In this document: positions 62,011 to 64,000 of the stretch, piece after piece
Layout: the number at the start of each line of letters is the position of its first letter
Position numbering within the stretch: the first letter of the stretch is position 1
Origin: Hydrolagus affinis
Lineage: Eukaryota
DNA length: 64,000 nt
Direction: 5' to 3'
Assembly: GCA_012026655.1 (NCBI GenBank)
Contig: JAAILG010001088.1
Coordinates: 1-64,000, forward strand
Translations under genes and position numbers: made by a program
Notes under the pieces: model-generated
What the model was told of the DNA's origin: nothing
Seen by the model: the letters and a program-made list of their open reading frames with translations, nothing else
Databases searched by the model: none

Positions 62011-62172
62011 AAAACACAAAATACTACAGATGCTGGGAATCTGAAACCAAAACAAAAGTTGTTGGGGAAAGTCCTGACGAAGGGTTGTAGACCCGAAACG
62101 TTGACTCTTTTTCCTTTCTCCATGGATGCTGTTTGACCTGCTGAGTTTCCCCAGCAACTTTTGTTTTGTTTC
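62011..62172 (+). mobile_element. Penelope-like element remnant (pLTR/3' end with an inverted 5' segment)
   Basis: CTGACGAAGGG..CCCGAAACGTTGAC..CTCCATGGATGCTG..CTGCTGAGTTTCCCCAGCAAC, preceded by an inverted copy of its own 3' part (62042-62070 versus 62146-62172). Resembles the widespread shark Penelope-derived repeat, from recall. Confidence 0.75.
62068..62108 (+). ncRNA. Minimal type I hammerhead ribozyme motif (Penelope-associated)
   Basis: Stem I AGTC/GACT; core CTGACGA (62074-62080) plus an extra A; stem II GGGT-TGTAG-ACCC; GAAA (62095-62098); palindromic vestigial stem III AACGTT. Confidence 0.7.
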
Positions 62173-64000
62173 AAAAGAAGGGAGGTTGGAATCAACCATA
62201 TATGTGGGTGAAACACGGCAGCCAATTCCACATAGCAGTGTCCCACAAACACTGGGTCAAAGTGACCAAATTATTATTGTTTTATTTTGAGGACTTAATA
62301 GGCCCAAGGTTTCGAATTAAACTCAGTTGCTCGCTTGTAAGGTGGGTGCTCTAATCACTGAGCTACAGGACTCCACAATGTTTGCTCAAATTGGTGGCCT
62401 CATAGATATGCAGTGGCTACTTTAAGAAGTAATACCAATAATCCTTGCATTTGATATAACATTTCATGTCGTGTAGACGTCTCAAAGTAGCAGTTATCTT
62501 GAAGATAATTGACTATATCAAATGCAAAAATTATCACTACTGACACAGGTTTTTATCGAACTCCTGTTTGATGTGTTTCTTTTGTTAGTCTTTTGTCAAT
62601 GGTTGAGTCAGTACGTCAGCTAATCAACATTACAATACACAACCCGCAGATAGATGAACAACAGCTTTCACTTGTGTAGTGCCTTTCATGCAGAATAACA
62701 TTTCACAGAGCTTTACACAGATAAAGTGGAAACCTTGGCAATTGGGTAGTAGTGGGTGAGTAAAGGAAGTTGGGAAGCCCCCTAAGAATATACCTCTTCA
62801 ATTTTGCTTTCAGTTGATAAAAGTAACCTTTTAAGAGGATTTTAAAAATAGGGGAGGAGGGTGTGAGGCAGCAGAATTTGGGAACAGAATTCCAGGGACA
62901 TAGTTAGTGAATGGAGGAAGCAAAGGACAATCTATGTCCTCCAGTTTCCTAAATGTCATTGCTCTGTGTCTCTTATGTCCCCAATCTTCTGCCATCACAA
63001 ATTTTGCTCTGTTCAAAGCTATGCTAAATGCACTGTTTCACGGCCTCTATTTTAAAGTAGTTAAATCAGAAATGCCTGTTCACTTTCTGAGGATGAGTTG
63101 CTGAGTACATATAATTTTATTTACTTAAGATGCAGCATTGAACAAATAATATAATTTAAGGCATGAGGTGTGGAAGGACAAACTGCTGTGTTAGGTTCCT
63201 AGGAAAGACCAGTTTGGTGACAATTATGTAGTCAGGACCATTGCAATGCTTTTATAATTTTTAAAAGCATTTAAAAATAAACATTCCTATGGCTGATGGT
63301 GCCTGGTCACCTTTACGTAAGGATATTATTGCATGAAAGAACTTTGCAAAGTTCTTGTCTGTAGCTTTGAAACGTGAATTCTAAAGCCAAGCTAAACTAT
63401 CCCTTTCAGCTCATTTGCCACTACTTTGTGCCAGTGTTCTGGGGGGTATGTTTGGCAATGTCAATGTGCACAAGATTGATGATTCACTCCTGGCTGCTGA
63501 TAAACATAGTTCAATGCCACGAAGAAACACTGATCCAGAGCAACGTGTGGTGTTCTAAATTTTAACTGGCGCTGCTTGAAAGCTTCTCCCCACCCCCCGA
63601 TGATTTGACACATTACTCAGTGAGTAACTCAGTTTCAACTGGTTCGTTCCTCAAACTGTGCCAAGTCAGGGCTGCAGTGCCCTAGGTTTGGGAAGGGTTC
63701 CCACTCCTGTCTATTATGCAGAGCCCGCGCCCCACCCTTGATACACATGTGGAGAAGAGATGAGGATTGTGAATATCAATGCAGATGATTTGACTGTGAA
63801 ATACTAATTAGCTAACTAAAAATTCCATACAGTAAAAGTCGCTTAAGTCTGATCTGTATAAATGGTATATATACATTTGTCCAAGTCCCGTTGAATTTCC
63901 TATAAGTTATTCAAATTTCACATACCTCATACTTTGCATAAGTCATATTAAATGTAGGATCCCAACTGATATGACTTATTTGAGGTTTACTGGTCTGAAA

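Noticed and set aside
1-64000. Most ORFs in the supplied track
   Set aside because: This is intron-rich vertebrate DNA. The ORFs translate SINEs (recurring MGKFPYSTRLIII / LWDTAVRNWLP), LINE fragments or microsatellites. Real coding sequence is limited to the exons listed.

Overview
Vertebrate nuclear DNA, repeat-rich, most likely a chondrichthyan. The SINE, L2 and Penelope repertoire suggests a holocephalan such as elephant shark, which is an inference. The supplied ORF track is mostly noise. (1) 10704-23316 holds the 3' 11 coding exons of THSD4/ADAMTSL6 on the + strand: 1800 nt spliced, 599 aa plus stop, all GT-AG and phase-consistent, covering the Cys-rich end, ADAMTS spacer, TSP1 repeats and PLAC domain. 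A probable ~4.6 kb 3' UTR ends near AATAAA at 27932. (2) 61399-61458 is the first coding exon of sorbitol dehydrogenase (SORD). (3) The rest is intron or intergenic sequence with tRNA-headed SINEs, Deu-domain SINEs, L2 and CR1 3' ends, three DNA-transposon MITEs, two Penelope-like remnants and two 100-N gaps. The most interesting hidden signals are: a candidate signal-peptide exon with a GC donor just before the first THSD4 exon; an intact minimal hammerhead ribozyme in SORD intron 1; a strongly AT-to-GC-shifted tract at the window start; a young hAT MITE with an 8-bp TSD; two local inverted duplications; and a 40-bp 28S rRNA fragment.
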